Position numbers and translations under genes: made by a program. The notes under the pieces were generated by a model. That model saw nothing but the letters and a program-made list of their open reading frames with translations, was not told the DNA's origin and searched no databases. Shown here piece by piece: positions 24,848 through 37,638 of a stretch of DNA of 64,000 nt. Position 1 is the stretch's first letter. Every line of letters starts with the position of its first letter. This DNA comes from Lophium mytilinum (taxonomy: Eukaryota): the NCBI GenBank assembly GCA_010093605.1, contig MU004194.1, forward strand, positions 782,323 through 846,322, read 5' to 3'.

Positions 24848-26403
24848 ATGGGTCGCTCAGCTACCGAATTCCCTCTCCTTGCTGCCCAAGGCCTGTACGC
24901 CAGCAGCATCCGCGGCGATGGTAAGCTTCTTCCAGTCCCTGCACCATGATATTGCTAACGCAGTCGTGTCTCCAGGCAACTGTCTCTTCAATGCCTTGTC
25001 CGACCAGTTGTTCGGTGACCAGAGCGAGCACCGCGACATTCGTGCCAAGGTCATTGCCTACATGCGAGACCATGCCGAAGTCTACAAATCCTTCATAACT
25101 GTCAATGCCGGAGGTGGCATGAGACGCAATCCAAAGAGAAAGAACACTGCTGCGATCAATGCTCCAGTTGACAACACGGCTCCTACCGACGACGAGATCC
25201 AGGCGACCTTCGAAGAGCATCTGCGAGCTATGGCCCAGGGTGGCACGTATGGCGACAACATGGAAATCACCGCTTTCAGCTCCGCGTTCAAAGTCGACGT
25301 CAAGATCCACCAGCGCGACTTTGCCTACATGATCCATGGCGAGCTTCATGACGAGATTGCAGAAGACCCCCAGGAGCAGCGCCCAGTGGTCCACATTGCC
25401 TATCATGTAAGTCATATCCTTGAGCCGGCTGTGCTGCTGCGCAGCTATACATCGCTAGAAATCATGCTGACTCAATCCGTCACAGACCTGGGAGCACTTC
25501 TCATCCGTCCGCAAGCTTGATGGACCCCACACAGGCCTTCCCGACGTTGAGGTAGTCAAGCCCACCATTGAGAAGCCCACCATGGTGGAGCCCAAGACGC
25601 CGCAGAGCAAGGCTGAGACCTCTTCCTACACTGAGCCCTCGAAGCTCGAGGCGGTCGCCACCGCACTCCCTTTCCTCGTCGACGCCCGCACTCTCAAGAA
25701 GACTCTTGAAGAAGCCAAGGGCGATGTCGTCAATTCGATCTCCAAGCTGAAGGAGTCGAAAAGCTGCACGACCTCTCCCGGTGGCTCAAGCGTCGAGAGA
25801 GAGACTGATTCTGATGATGAAGGTACGGATGGCCCGAACAAGCGTCGAGATCGTCGTCTTAGCCGCGCGACCATGAGCAAGAAGGTCAAGACTGCCTCCA
25901 AGGCTGCGGCCAAGGCCAAGAAGACTAAGGCTCCTCATCCCTTCCTCGTCAGGCTTCACGCGAACAGCTCTCAAGAGTCTCTGACTTCCGACACCGGCTC
26001 TTACAGCCTTCCCCTGGCGGATCCCACCTCCTCGGACAATTCTGATTCAGACTCCAAGCCAGATTGGCACATGGAGTCGTGGTACCAAGGCGACTACAAT
26101 CCTCCCACCGTCCCCGATAGCCAGCGCATTCCTTCTCGTGTCAAGATCAACCTCAAGAAGCCGGAGTCGCCTAGTGGCCGGAAGACTGTCCTGCGTCAGT
26201 CCGGACCTCAGCGTCGCAAGGCCCCGTCTGCCCGCGAGAAAAAGGACATGAAGAAGCTTGCGCAAAAGGCAGCTCGAAAGGAGCGCGCCATCGCTGAGAA
26301 AGGACTGAGTCCCACTACCGTCAAGAAGGGCACGTCCACCACCACCCAGATCAAGAAACCGTCTCCAGGTCTTGATGATGGCTTCAAGATCCTCTACATC
26401 TGA
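24848..26403 (+). CDS. OTU-domain cysteine protease (deubiquitinase)
   Basis: Exon 1 MGRSATEFPLLAAQGLYASSIRGDG, intron 24921-24975, then NCLFNALSDQL (catalytic D..C). Intron 25407-25485, then TWEHFSSVR (catalytic His). Basic, disordered C-terminus. Confidence 0.9.
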
Positions 26404-27190
26404 ACTCCTCACATACCTCTGTGACTTCCACGATCTCCGTCCACGTCACGACCATTTTCCACGTCTCACGGCTGAATCGGCATGTTTCCTTATTCCATCC
26501 CCGGTTTTCTTGATGATATACCCATCCGAGTGCCTTACCGGGAGGCCTCATGCAAAGTCTCCTCTTGATCGTCACCAACATCATCACCTTGCGATTTGGA
26601 CACATGCTCCACTTCCAAGCACATCATAGCGACGGCGTTCTTTTTTGACTTTTCCTCTCATTTTCTCACTTTGCTGCAGCGATGTCGATTCCGACAGCAG
26701 TAGTTTCCTACGTCACGAACTGCATATGCATTGCGAGGGTCCATGGTACTGAAGAGCTCAGATTGACCTTGGATACCTTTTGCACCGGCGACTGGTTGGC
26801 GGTGTTGGGTGGTCTGTTGGTACGCTTGCCTGTTGGCTGAAGCTACTTTTCAATTTGTGTTTGGATTGCATATTGAGCGGCGGGCTGGCATTCCCTGGCA
26901 TGCAGATCTTTGAATAGCATCGGTTCTTGCTTGGATCTCTCCGAACGAGGAGTAGACACTGTGTTAGACACTAATCAGCCTTGAATTCAAGGATGATTCA
27001 AACTAAGAAAACTTCTTGACTTTGTTGTCGTGACCGGACTTGACTTGACCTGACTTGATTGATGCTGAACTCCGAATCTACAAATATCTACCACATGCAC
27101 TTTCCGCATTCACAACAGGTCATTAAGTATGCACATCATGTTCACTCATCTCATCCCAAAATGCTCCACCGCTCTCCAATACGCACGTCA

Positions 27191-28108
27191 CTAATTTATC
27201 CCGCCCTTCGCCGTCCTTACCTTCACGGACCCATCCTGCATCCCGAAATACACAGCTACCGGCTTCTGCCCACCGAGAACAGAAGCCTTGCCCAGTCCCT
27301 GGTCCCTCAACGCCTCCGCCTGCACGCCGTCCAAGCCACAGAACAGCCCCACCTCCAACACCCCCGTAATTTGGTTTATCTCCTTGCTCAGCCTCTCAAC
27401 CTCCCACTTCCCGTCGGTCCCGTCACCCGCACCAAGCCCCAATGCCGTATCTTTAGCCGTCAGCAGCACCGGGAACGGCGCATCTATGATGAAGAAGTCC
27501 TGATCCGTCTTCAGCGGGCCCGCCTTGGCGAGCAGGCCGGTGCGGACGTGAGGATTGGGCGAGCCGAGAAGGCGGAGGGAGCGCAGAACGGTGTTGATGG
27601 ATATCGGGGCGACTTCGATGGGGATGGTGGGCCATTTGGAGAGGAGGCGGGGCTGGTCTTTGCGGTAGTCTGAGCGAGGCAGTCAGTACAAGCAGATTCG
27701 AAGATTGGAACAGCAATCTGGCGACTCACCTGCAACGCAAACGAACTTCTTCGCGCGCTCCGCAACCAGCTTCTCCTGGAACAAGCACGCTCCGCCACCT
27801 TTTATGCAGTTGAGGTCCTCGTCCACCTCGTCGGCGCCGTCGAAGGCAACGTCCAGCATCTTGCCCTCCGGCAGCGAGTCGAATGCGATGGGCGTCAGCC
27901 CGGCTTGGGTGACGACCTGGCGGGACTGGTAGCCGGTGGGCACGAAGAGGATGTTTGGGTTCGTGCTGCGCTCTTTTATGGCTTCGACGACGTAGATGAT
28001 GGTCGTGCCGGAGCCAATGCCGACGTAGGAGAAGTCGGGCGAGAAGTGCTCTTCGACGGCTCGAATCGCGGCCTTGCGCTTTGCGGCTTCGATGCCTGTG
28101 TCTGTCAT
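27191..28108 (-). CDS. RKI1: Ribose-5-phosphate isomerase A
   Basis: VGIGSGTT, DVAFDGADEVD, IKGGGACLFQEK, GVLEVGLF. Intron 27670-27729 restores VADYRK. An upstream in-frame ATG sits at 28345. Confidence 0.96.
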
Positions 28109-28908
28109 ATTGACTGTGGGAGTGGTGTGAAGGGAGCGAGCGCGGGGTCGTTGGGCGGAAGACGCGGAGGCTCGTGTTGGGGTCAATTGAGGTTTGTGCG
28201 TGATTGTATGCTTCTGGCGGACGAGGGAGAAAGAACAGGACTTGGCTTTTGAGACAGGAAGAGGAATTAGGGGGACGGCGGGGGTATATGGGCGCCGCGG
28301 AGTTTTCTGTATCAGCGTGAGAAGGGCTGGACGATGGGCGCGCATGAACGTCACAAGACGTGGCGTGAGGAGACTCGAGGCCTAGAAGGGCGTAAGGGAG
28401 AGTGCGAGGCTGCTATCGGAAGCAATGGAGGCAATTAGTATAGGAGATGCGGCGTGTAACGAGGGGCATAGTGTCTGGGCACGTCACGCTCTGCAAGACC
28501 CCGCCGGCGCATCGTGGTTGAATGTGGTGCATGTGCTTCGTAAGGCTGAGAATAGCTTACAGACAGCAAGTTGGCCGCACCAATCACGACGCCGCCCTCG
28601 AGCCCCTCCTGTCCCCTGCTGGTAGCTGGTACTGCCGGGCGGTAACAGCAGCTCGGACGGTGCCTGGAATCTATCACGTTACCTTCATTGCCGCCTCGTC
28701 GACGCTGAAGCTGATTTCTGGTGAATGTTTTGCGCGGGTAGATGAGCTTTACGCGTAGTAGCCACAACCTTTCTACTACAAGTTCCTAAATCTCCAAATC
28801 CTCCCCTTTCCCGACTTGATCATACAATAGTCGTCCCACCACACTCGTCATTTTGGAGGTCAGAAGCTTGACACGACTCTTTGGTGGTGATCGAACCTGG
28901 ATTCAGCC

Positions 28909-30863
28909 ATGACAGGAACAACACCCCCGATCCTTCATGGGCCAACCTCGAAGGAGAAGAAGTAAGGCTGTCAAGCTCTCCACCGTGTCAAACATTTCCT
29001 AACTATTCTAGGTATGATCGCCAGCTACGACTATGGGCGGCTAGCGGACAGGCGGCGCTCGAGGAGTCTCATATCCTCCTCATAAATTCTGGTCCCGGTG
29101 TTGTGGGGGTGGAAACCTTGAAGAATCTGGTCTTGCCAGGTTCGTCTAGTCCATACAGCTAAAATGGGGGACGGGAATCTGACGTATTGCAGGAATTGGT
29201 AACTTCACCATACTAGATTCCACGATAGTCTCCGAGGAAGATCTAGGCGTCAACTTCTTTCTCGAGGAAGAACAGCTGGGCGGATTTAGGGCAGAGCATA
29301 CCTGCAACCTCCTAAAAGAGCTCAATCCAGACGTGCAAGGCAGCTACATAACAGAGGTATGCTTTAGCTTGATTATGTTCTCAAATGTAGTGCTTGCTAA
29401 CCATCTGCCAGCCCATCGAGTCCTTCATCTTGAAGGCGGACGCATTGAAGCCATATACCTTGATCCTCGTTACCGCGCCCATCGCCCAAGAACTCCTCTC
29501 TAAGCTTTCTGCGAACGCCGAGACCGCCGCCATACCAACTTTCTACATACATTGCACGGGCTTCTACTCCCACTTCTCTATCCATCTACCCCCTGCGTTT
29601 CCCATCGTCGATACACACCCGGACCCGGAGACCACCACCGACCTCCGACTGCTGGCACCATGGCCGGAGCTCTCACAATACACGGCAGAGAAGACGAAAG
29701 GACTGACGGAGATGAACCATCATGATCATGGACACGTCCCATACTTGTGTCTGCTACTATACTACCTGGAAGAGTGGAAGAAGACACACGACGGAAAAGT
29801 ACCACAGAATTACAAGGAGAAGACCGCCTTTAGGCAGACAGTGGCACAGGGCGCGAGGTCAGATAACGCAGAAGGCGGTGAGGAGAACTACGACGAGGCT
29901 GTGGCGGCTGTCTTGAAGTCTCTCAATCCGGCTGAGGTCAAGAGCTCTGTCAAGGAAGTCTTTAATGCGCCCGAGTGCAAGCTCCTCACAGCTGACTCCC
30001 CGGATTTCTGGCTAATAGCCAACGCAATCTGGACTTTTTACGTGGCCCATGATGCACTTCCGCTGCCTGGCTCAGTACCGGATATGAAGGCACAATCTGC
30101 GGATTATGTCCAGCTGCAGAACGTGTACAAGTCGAAAGCGCGGTCGGACCTTGCGGAAGTGCTCCAGAGGGTACGAGAACTGGAAAAGAAGCTAGGTAGG
30201 ACAAAGGCTGCTGAAGAGAAGGAAGTGGAACTGTTTTGCAAGAACGCTGCGCACATCAAGCTGGTGCGAGGAAGGCCATTCCATGTGGTGCAGTCAGGGA
30301 AAGGCGTCAAGTGGGAGGATAGGGCCAAAGCCGCAGGTATGATATAGAGAGCTTCGTTCCCGGATACCACTAACTTGAAGCACAGTCCAAGGCCTCACCA
30401 ACCCGGATTCACTCATCTTGATCTACATCGCCTTCCTCGCCTTTGACATCTTCACATCCACGCATAGCGCGGATGCACTTGGTGGAGCAGCCAAGATCCC
30501 CGGCGAGATAGACGCAGAGGCAGACACGGAGAAGGTCACTGGCATTGCCTTCAAGATCATCGATGACTTGATCAAGGAAGCTGGAACGGTTGTCGAGGAT
30601 CCAGACTACTCGGAGGCGAAGTCAAAGGCGGGAGAGTTTGTGCAAGAGATGTAAGTTCTCAGACTCCCTTGTGCTCAACATTGCAAGACTAATATTTTCG
30701 AAGCGTTCGTGCCGGTGGTGCCGAACTACACAACATCGCTGCTCTCACTGGTGGTCTAGTGTCTCAAGAGGTCATCAAGGCGATCACGAAGCAGTACGTC
30801 CCAGTAGACAACACGTGCATATTTGACGGAGTCAGGAGCAAGACTTCTGTCCTACGATTCTAA
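28909..30863 (+). CDS. ULA1: NEDD8-activating enzyme E1 regulatory subunit (APP-BP1/NAE1)
   Basis: [71 protein letters not shown]. Five short introns (about 28962-29011, 29140-29192, 29357-29411, 30337-30385, 30651-30703). Confidence 0.95.
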
Positions 30864-31184
30864 GGCTCTCAAACCTGTCTTATGTTTGATGCATAGGAAC
30901 CACTTTGGGTTAGAGGTGGATGGAGTCAAGCATCTACTTCGCGGCGTCTAGCCATAAGAGAGATCAAATGATCACGCAGCCTTGGAGATGATGAGCATGA
31001 TCACTCAACAAGGTACAAAATGGAATGTAGACCTATGAAATGTTATAATTTGAACTGTGAATATGTGATTGGCTGCACCCGTAAATTTATTCTGAATCAC
31101 GTGCTCACCCGCCGGACATTCTCGCGTCTCGCACTTGCATTTAACTTCAATGCCGCTTCACCAACGCGACATTCCACACACACA

Positions 31185-32677
31185 ATGAGCAAACTCCACG
31201 CCGTCGAGGACCCCACCGACTGGCTCAACACCTCACTCTCCTGCTTCGAGCCGCTCGAAGCCGCGCTACGATGCCAAGTGTGCAAAGAGTTCTATGACAC
31301 GCCCATGATCACGACATGTTCACACACCTTCTGCTCCCTCTGCATCCGGCGCTGTTTCAACTCCGACGGCAAATGCCCGACCTGCCGCACTAGCGATCAA
31401 GCGGACAAACTGAGGAGGAACTGGGTGGTCCAAGAGCTCGTCGACACGTTCAAGGCTGCGAGGCCTGCGGCGCTGAAGCTTGCGCAGACAAAGGCGGGAT
31501 CGGAGGATGACGAGGCTGAGAGACCGAAACGGAAGCGGAAACTAGAAGACACGGACATTGAGGAAGACAGCTTTGAAGACACGCGTCGGCCGCGCCGAAC
31601 ACGAAGGAGTCGGAGTGTTGCGCATGGGACATCTCAGGAAGAGCCGATTGAGCTGGATGATAGCGGCGATGGGGACTATGACCCGGAAGAAGGGACGACG
31701 CTGTGTCCGATCTGCAAGTCGCGGATGAAGGTGGGGCTGGTCTACGCGCATCTGGATCTGTGCGATGGGAAGCCTGTGAACAATAATGGGGCAACTCGTG
31801 CGAGGTATGTCTTCCTTACTTCATATGGGTTTCCTTGCGACTAACGTGTCACATTAGGACTCAGCCTTCTAAACCAAAGGAACCACTCCCTCCCGCTGCT
31901 CGATTACCTCAACTAAACTATTCGCTGTTAAAAGACAACGCGCTGAAGAAGAAGCTGCAGGATCTAGGAATCGCGGCTCATGGTTCTCGAGCTCTGATTA
32001 TTCGACGCCACACGGAATGGGTCAACTTGTGGAACTCGAACTGCGACTCAAGTCGGCCGAGGACAAAGAGAGAGCTTTTGAGAGAACTGGATAGCTGGGA
32101 GCGCAGCCAAGGGGCTGGAGCGTCGACGGTGCCCTCTGCAGTAATGAAAAAGGACTTCGATGGTGAAGGCTGGGCTGCCAGCAATAAAGACCAGTTTGAC
32201 GAGCTGATCGCGAATGCGAGGCGGAATAGGGCCCGCAAGGAGGCCAAAACAGAAGAAAGGGAAGAGAAGCCTAATGAGGATCAGATAGACAGCATGCCGA
32301 CGCATCAGCCAGAGCAAGCACCGTCAATCAGCACACCAGTACGGCACGACGAAATTCCGAATCCGTACGAAGGAAACGAAAAGGCCCTATCCATAGTGCG
32401 AGAGAAGGTCGATGAGGCCAATTCTCATGGCCGGAGGCTACGATCTTCTGGCCAACCCATACCTGCACCGCCCAGAGACGAGGAGAGACCTGGAAGCATT
32501 AACGAAGGTCCACCGCTGGATGAGGAAGTAGACGCCAACCCACCTATCTCTTCTCAGCAGCCTTCCTCGCAATTCGTTCCAATATCGCCTAACGTGGATA
32601 TGAGTCGGAAAGCTCATATGTTCAGGTTGCCTGAGGACCCTATTATAGATACAGATGGAGGCACATCCGTATCATAA
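31185..32677 (+). CDS. RAD18: Post-replication repair E3 ubiquitin ligase Rad18
   Basis: RING LRCQVCKEFYDTPMITTCSHTFCSLCIRR..CPTCR, UBZ CPIC..HLDLC, SAP domain LKKKLQDLGI..RRHTEWVNLWNSNCDS; intron 31805-31857. Confidence 0.95.
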
Positions 32678-32891
32678 TGCAATAATTCAACATGGCTCCG
32701 TACCAAATCCATTACATTAAATCTCCCACTGGTTCCATGCTAAACATACCAATCACATCTCCCGAACCATCGCAGCAGAAGACACTCGGGGGTCCGTGAG
32801 CTGACAAGAAGAAAATGGGATACGTAGCCTTCACGCTGAACCACGGAACCAAACGCATCAGTACCCACCACCTAGCCTCCAATCGCCCACT

Positions 32892-32936
32892 NNNNNNNNN
32901 NNNNNNNNNNNNNNNNNNNNNNNNNNNNNNNNNNNN
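32892..32936. other. Assembly gap (45 N)
   Basis: Run of n characters. Confidence 1.
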
Positions 32937-33738
32937 CCTTCCCCCATCTCAATATCGCTTTTCCTACAATTACCTTTCTATCAAGTATATAAACTGAATA
33001 ATTACTTGGCACCTCCAGGAAAGTCGCTCAGTCGATATCGCTATATATCTTTATATTTAAACATATTACGCAGTGTAAACTGACATGTTCTTCGGAACCC
33101 TTTCCTTTTGGCTCTTGGGTTCGAGGCGCGGTGGTGTTAGGGCTGTGGGGGGATTCTTTTTTTCCCTTTGCTCTTTTCGTATCGGAGGGATGAACGTCGA
33201 CCTCGCCGCTAGCCGGCGCTTTGAGGCTTGTTATGGGTCTTCGGATATTGATCTATGGTGTTTTAAGGGAAATTTGCGTAGGGTGTAATGCTCGAGGATA
33301 AGGTTTGATGTGCAGTATGGGACCCTCATGACGCGGGCACGAGACGGAGCTTCTTCGCGATGCCAGCGACGATAAATGGGTGGGAGACAAGGAGGTGCTA
33401 TCGTCGCAATAGCCCGCAAATATCAAATCAGATCATCATTCAAACGATTGCAATGCAAACTAACAAGAGTTAAAGCAGTCCACGAGTTTAAATCATCCAT
33501 TCGGGTATCTTCTGAGCTATAGACAAGAACAGGGAGTATATACACATACTCAGTACCGTTATGTACTCCAGCACCTCAAATCTTCCATCGCCTATAAACA
33601 CCAATTCCATCTGTATATCCGAAACGCGCCTCTAGTAGTGCGCTCAAACCAAGCATTATACGTGTCGTTCATATATCATTACGAGACTCCATCTTCTCAG
33701 CCCCAGATCCAAGAAGAAATGCGCCGAATCTTGCAAGT

Positions 33739-36457
33739 CTACAAAGACTCCTTCCAATGCTCATGCAAAAGCGCGTCTTTTTCTTCCACATCGCCGACTT
33801 CTTCCTCGGCATCTTTTCTCCACCTCTTCAAACCGGCATACGTCCCATGCTTCACAATGTCCTTAGTTTCGCCAACGGTACCAAACGTGCAATGTTCCAC
33901 TCGGCCCAACGGGCCATCCCTCCCCTCCCCGTCCTCAAGCAGCACACCGAACTTCAGTTTCGTCTTCCGCAGCTCGGTCGGGAAGGGGTCGCCGCCCAGA
34001 CAGGCGCCAACGCTGAGGCGGTCGATGGTCGGGTTGCGCGTCGTGACCATGATGCGACTGAAGAGGGTGTCGCTCGCAACCCCGTTCTGGAAAATGGACC
34101 AAGCGCCGACGAGCAGGAAGACGAAGGCGATGGCGACGGCGATTGCGTAGCCAATCCACAGGCCTCGAGCTTGGTAAACGTACGAGTTGATGCTGCGGGT
34201 TTTGCTGCACGGCACGCCGTCCGTGGACGCTACTATGAGGTGAGGGTCGCTGAGGAGGGTGACAATCATGTCTTCGAAGAATGATTGCGTTTGGTTCATG
34301 AGGTCCTTGATCGGGTAGGAAGTGCTAGTGTCGACCAACCGGGTCTCGGAGATGTCTGATTTGGTGACTTGGAAAGTGGTCTCGCGGCTGATTGTGCCGC
34401 GGAGGAAATTACGGACAAGAGAGCCCATGGCGTGGTATGTGGCTGTGAGTTTGTATAGTTCGACGTCGTCGTTGGGGCGTACGAAGTTGCTGCTGGGAGT
34501 AGCGACCACCTGGCTTGCATTCCTAGAATTTGGTTGTACATCTGTGTCGACGATTGGCGAGGTATAAGTTCTATTTAAGATCGTTGCTGTTTGAATTGCG
34601 TCGGTGTAGTTCATAAGGACCGTATAGTTCGTATGATATGCTTCACCTAGAATCATCGGGTTAGCTTCGCATCCTCATTTCAAATACAGCACTAAGCCAT
34701 AAGTCTATGGACACTGATACACCATTGCTTGAGTGTCAAATTGGAGGCTTGATGGCACCGTCAGCATCAGGCTCGCTGCGAGGAAGCTAGCAAGTCAAGA
34801 TGCAGCTCAAAATACGCTGCCTGGGATTTGGCAGTGCACCTGGGATTTTGAAACCCAGTAAGGTGCGCCAAGCAGTGGCGAGCAAGTGTACAAAGGCTTA
34901 CGTCTTATCGCTGTAGTGGAACCTGAATACTGTTTACTTACATTTGAAGATCTTGGATACATGTACACCACCCCACTTCGCGTAGTATTCCGAAGACTTG
35001 TCGTATAGTTTGCTAGTATTGATAGAGTACCCGATCCAAAGGACTGGTTCAGTTTGAAATACTCCAAGCAAGGGAGGATACGGGGGTCCGCTGGCAGGCT
35101 CTCCCTTATCGTTGGTTTCGACCTGTGGATCGGCGTAGTCTCCAACATCCACGTTGGCCATGTAAACATTGTTCCCTTGAGGCGCAAGTGCCGTTAGGTT
35201 GAAAGGGGCTCCTTGGCTATTCAACTGCTGCGCGTTGGGAGTACTGCTATTTGCTAGCTCTTCGCAATTATAACCCGGACCTTGGAAATGGATGGTATAC
35301 GTGCAGTTCCAGCCGTTATCACAGTTGTTAACCGATGCCTGTGGGTTCTGGACTGGCTTTTGTAAGTATGCTGCCGTAATTGAGAGGCGCTTCGATATTT
35401 TGCTAGGTTGATCATAGTAGTCAAACCAGCCGGGTGCCTTTCCGTTGACATCTGTCGTGTTGTAGTATATTAAAGAGCTTCCAGGGAATACGGACTCATT
35501 CCGGAAATTAAATCTAGACTCGTTTGAAAAGTCTAAGGTGCCTACGCGTGGGCAGAACGTGATGTTGTGCAAATCCTTCGGCTCTGATGTTAGGGATCCA
35601 GGTGACAAGACTGCAGCTATCGGAATCAGCTGTCACATAGTCAGTATCTACGTTACTTCATAGCTGTATAGGTATCTTACCCAGCTAGCAATCGCCATCA
35701 AGGTCGCCAGTTTCGCATTCCGGACCATCTCGAAAGAACGGAATTTAGTAGGATCTTCAGTGGCTGAGAAGAGACTGTCAATAGCGGAGATAGTCATAGC
35801 CTTCTTCCGGAACGTGTGCCATATCCGCTGCCTGTAGCTTAGGACGACGGTACCCACGAGCATAGCTTTGGTGAAGAAAGCTAAAGCAGTACCGTACCTG
35901 ACCATCTTAAGCTGATTCTCTGCCGGCCTCCCATTCAGATGCATGTAGAAGAGATGGTGCCCTACAGCGCCCATGACACCGGCTACGAATAAAACCAGCA
36001 TGGTGGCCGGCGTCTGCCAATGTACCCTCCATTCTGCAATTTCCCCAGCTCGACGATCAACTAGTGCTTGTGTATCCGGGTCGTTGGTCTTGAAGGGATT
36101 GAGGGTTGAACCGAACGAGTTCAGTGAGGCGCCAAAAGTGTGTACAGATGCGGCTCCCACAGACTTCCGAGGAGCGTGTCCCGCAGGAGGTATTGGCGCA
36201 TAACCAGGCGTGGTATCTGCACCATTATCGGATGGTAAGGACACGGCAGATCTTGATCTCCTCTCGACGAGGGGAATGTCTGTTGTAGAGCGACGCCCTC
36301 GAGGTTCTTCGGCGGAGCGACGTGTTTCCCAGGAAGGAGTATAGCTCTGCATCTCAATAGGATCTAGTGGGGGATCGAATGGGTCGTATTGAGGGGGATA
36401 TATATCCGGAGAGCGAGCGGGAGAGGAATTCCCCGAGTAGGGGCCGCGTGAAGCCAT
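33739..36457 (-). CDS. Uncharacterised fungal membrane glycoprotein (N-terminal TM helices, large luminal domain, C-terminal TM helix)
   Basis: Three ORFs join in frame through introns 35630-35680 and 34647-34941. Motifs GHHLFY..L.G, TISAIDSLF, CNCTYTIHFQGPGYNC-like, FSRIMVTTRNPTID..GACLG; many NxS/T sequons. Confidence 0.85.
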
Positions 36458-37638
36458 AGCGACGGGGAGTTCAATAGAATGCTTAAGTATAATATGGAAG
36501 AATCGCCCGGAAGGAGAGGTAAGCTTGAAATAGGTTCAGAAACATAGTTTGGCCGTAAGATCAATAGGCGAAGGAAGAGCGGATCGTGCACAGCCAACAG
36601 TTCATAGCCGATGTTCGCGGAGCGAAGGGTTTGGTAGAGGGAGGGAGAGCTGAGAGGACCGGGGACCTCTCTGGGCGGAGTCAGCAGTGGCACGACGTGT
36701 GTGCTATGGTAGAGGAAGCAGAGAGAGGTTTAGTTAGTTGAGACGAGAGGTCCCCATGGCAGAAGAGGCGGGCACTGGGGCTGAGGCTGAACCTTGGAAG
36801 AGGCGCCATTGCCCTGGCAAAGCCACAGCTAGTTAGCATCTAAAAGCGTCTAGATATGCAGGCGGTGGGCGGATGGAGGGCTGGATCGCGGCACTTTGGT
36901 GGTGAAGCTGAACGGAGGCGCCCAGAACGCCGAAGTGGTTGAAGCTCAGCCAGCCAAAAGCTTCCTAGGGCTGACCGACAACCATGGGGCACTTATCCAC
37001 TGTCAGCACTCCCTCATCTCCCGAGACCATAGGGCCGCGCGGATTTGACTTCGTCTGCGATTATCAGGGCGTCATTGGGGATCATTTAAGCGTATCCCAC
37101 AGGGCTGTTTATGCAGTGCCTCCCGAATCCTACCCCTCGGGACGATCCTCCAGACACTAAGGAGCATCGTATCTTTGCACTACTTTAGCACCATCTGCGA
37201 ACTTGTCCCATAACAGCATACAACAAGTACTCCCACGTAGAAGAGCTTATGATGAAGTCAATAAAAGTCGCGGGGAGAATAGCGCTCGCCTGCCTGGATC
37301 CTACCTTTCTGCTCAAGCGACGTCTTACAAATGCAGCTGCTAAGCCTTCTTCTGCTTACAGTGTACTAGGGTATCAGTTTGCATCCCATCCAATTGGCCT
37401 ACCCTCACTTCTATACCTTGTAGGCACTGTAGATATGACCCGATTCCTCCCATGTCCAGCTCTCTCCGTAATGTTGAGCTGATTACATGGAATCATGGGT
37501 AGGCAAGTCCATCTCAATTCAGTGAATACATTGCATCTCATTCAAAACGCTTGGTAATTCATTGAACTATGCTCAAAGCCTACTTGTATGGACCCACAGC
37601 TCCAAGCCTCTTCTACAAGCCACACTGCTTGCCTTATT

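Noticed and set aside
27030..27065. Short (GACTT)n-like repeat
   Set aside because: Degenerate microsatellite in a convergent 3' spacer; ordinary.
32937..33480. Possible ncRNA or transposon end beside the assembly gap
   Set aside because: No tRNA boxes, terminal repeats or transposase/RT motifs recognised.
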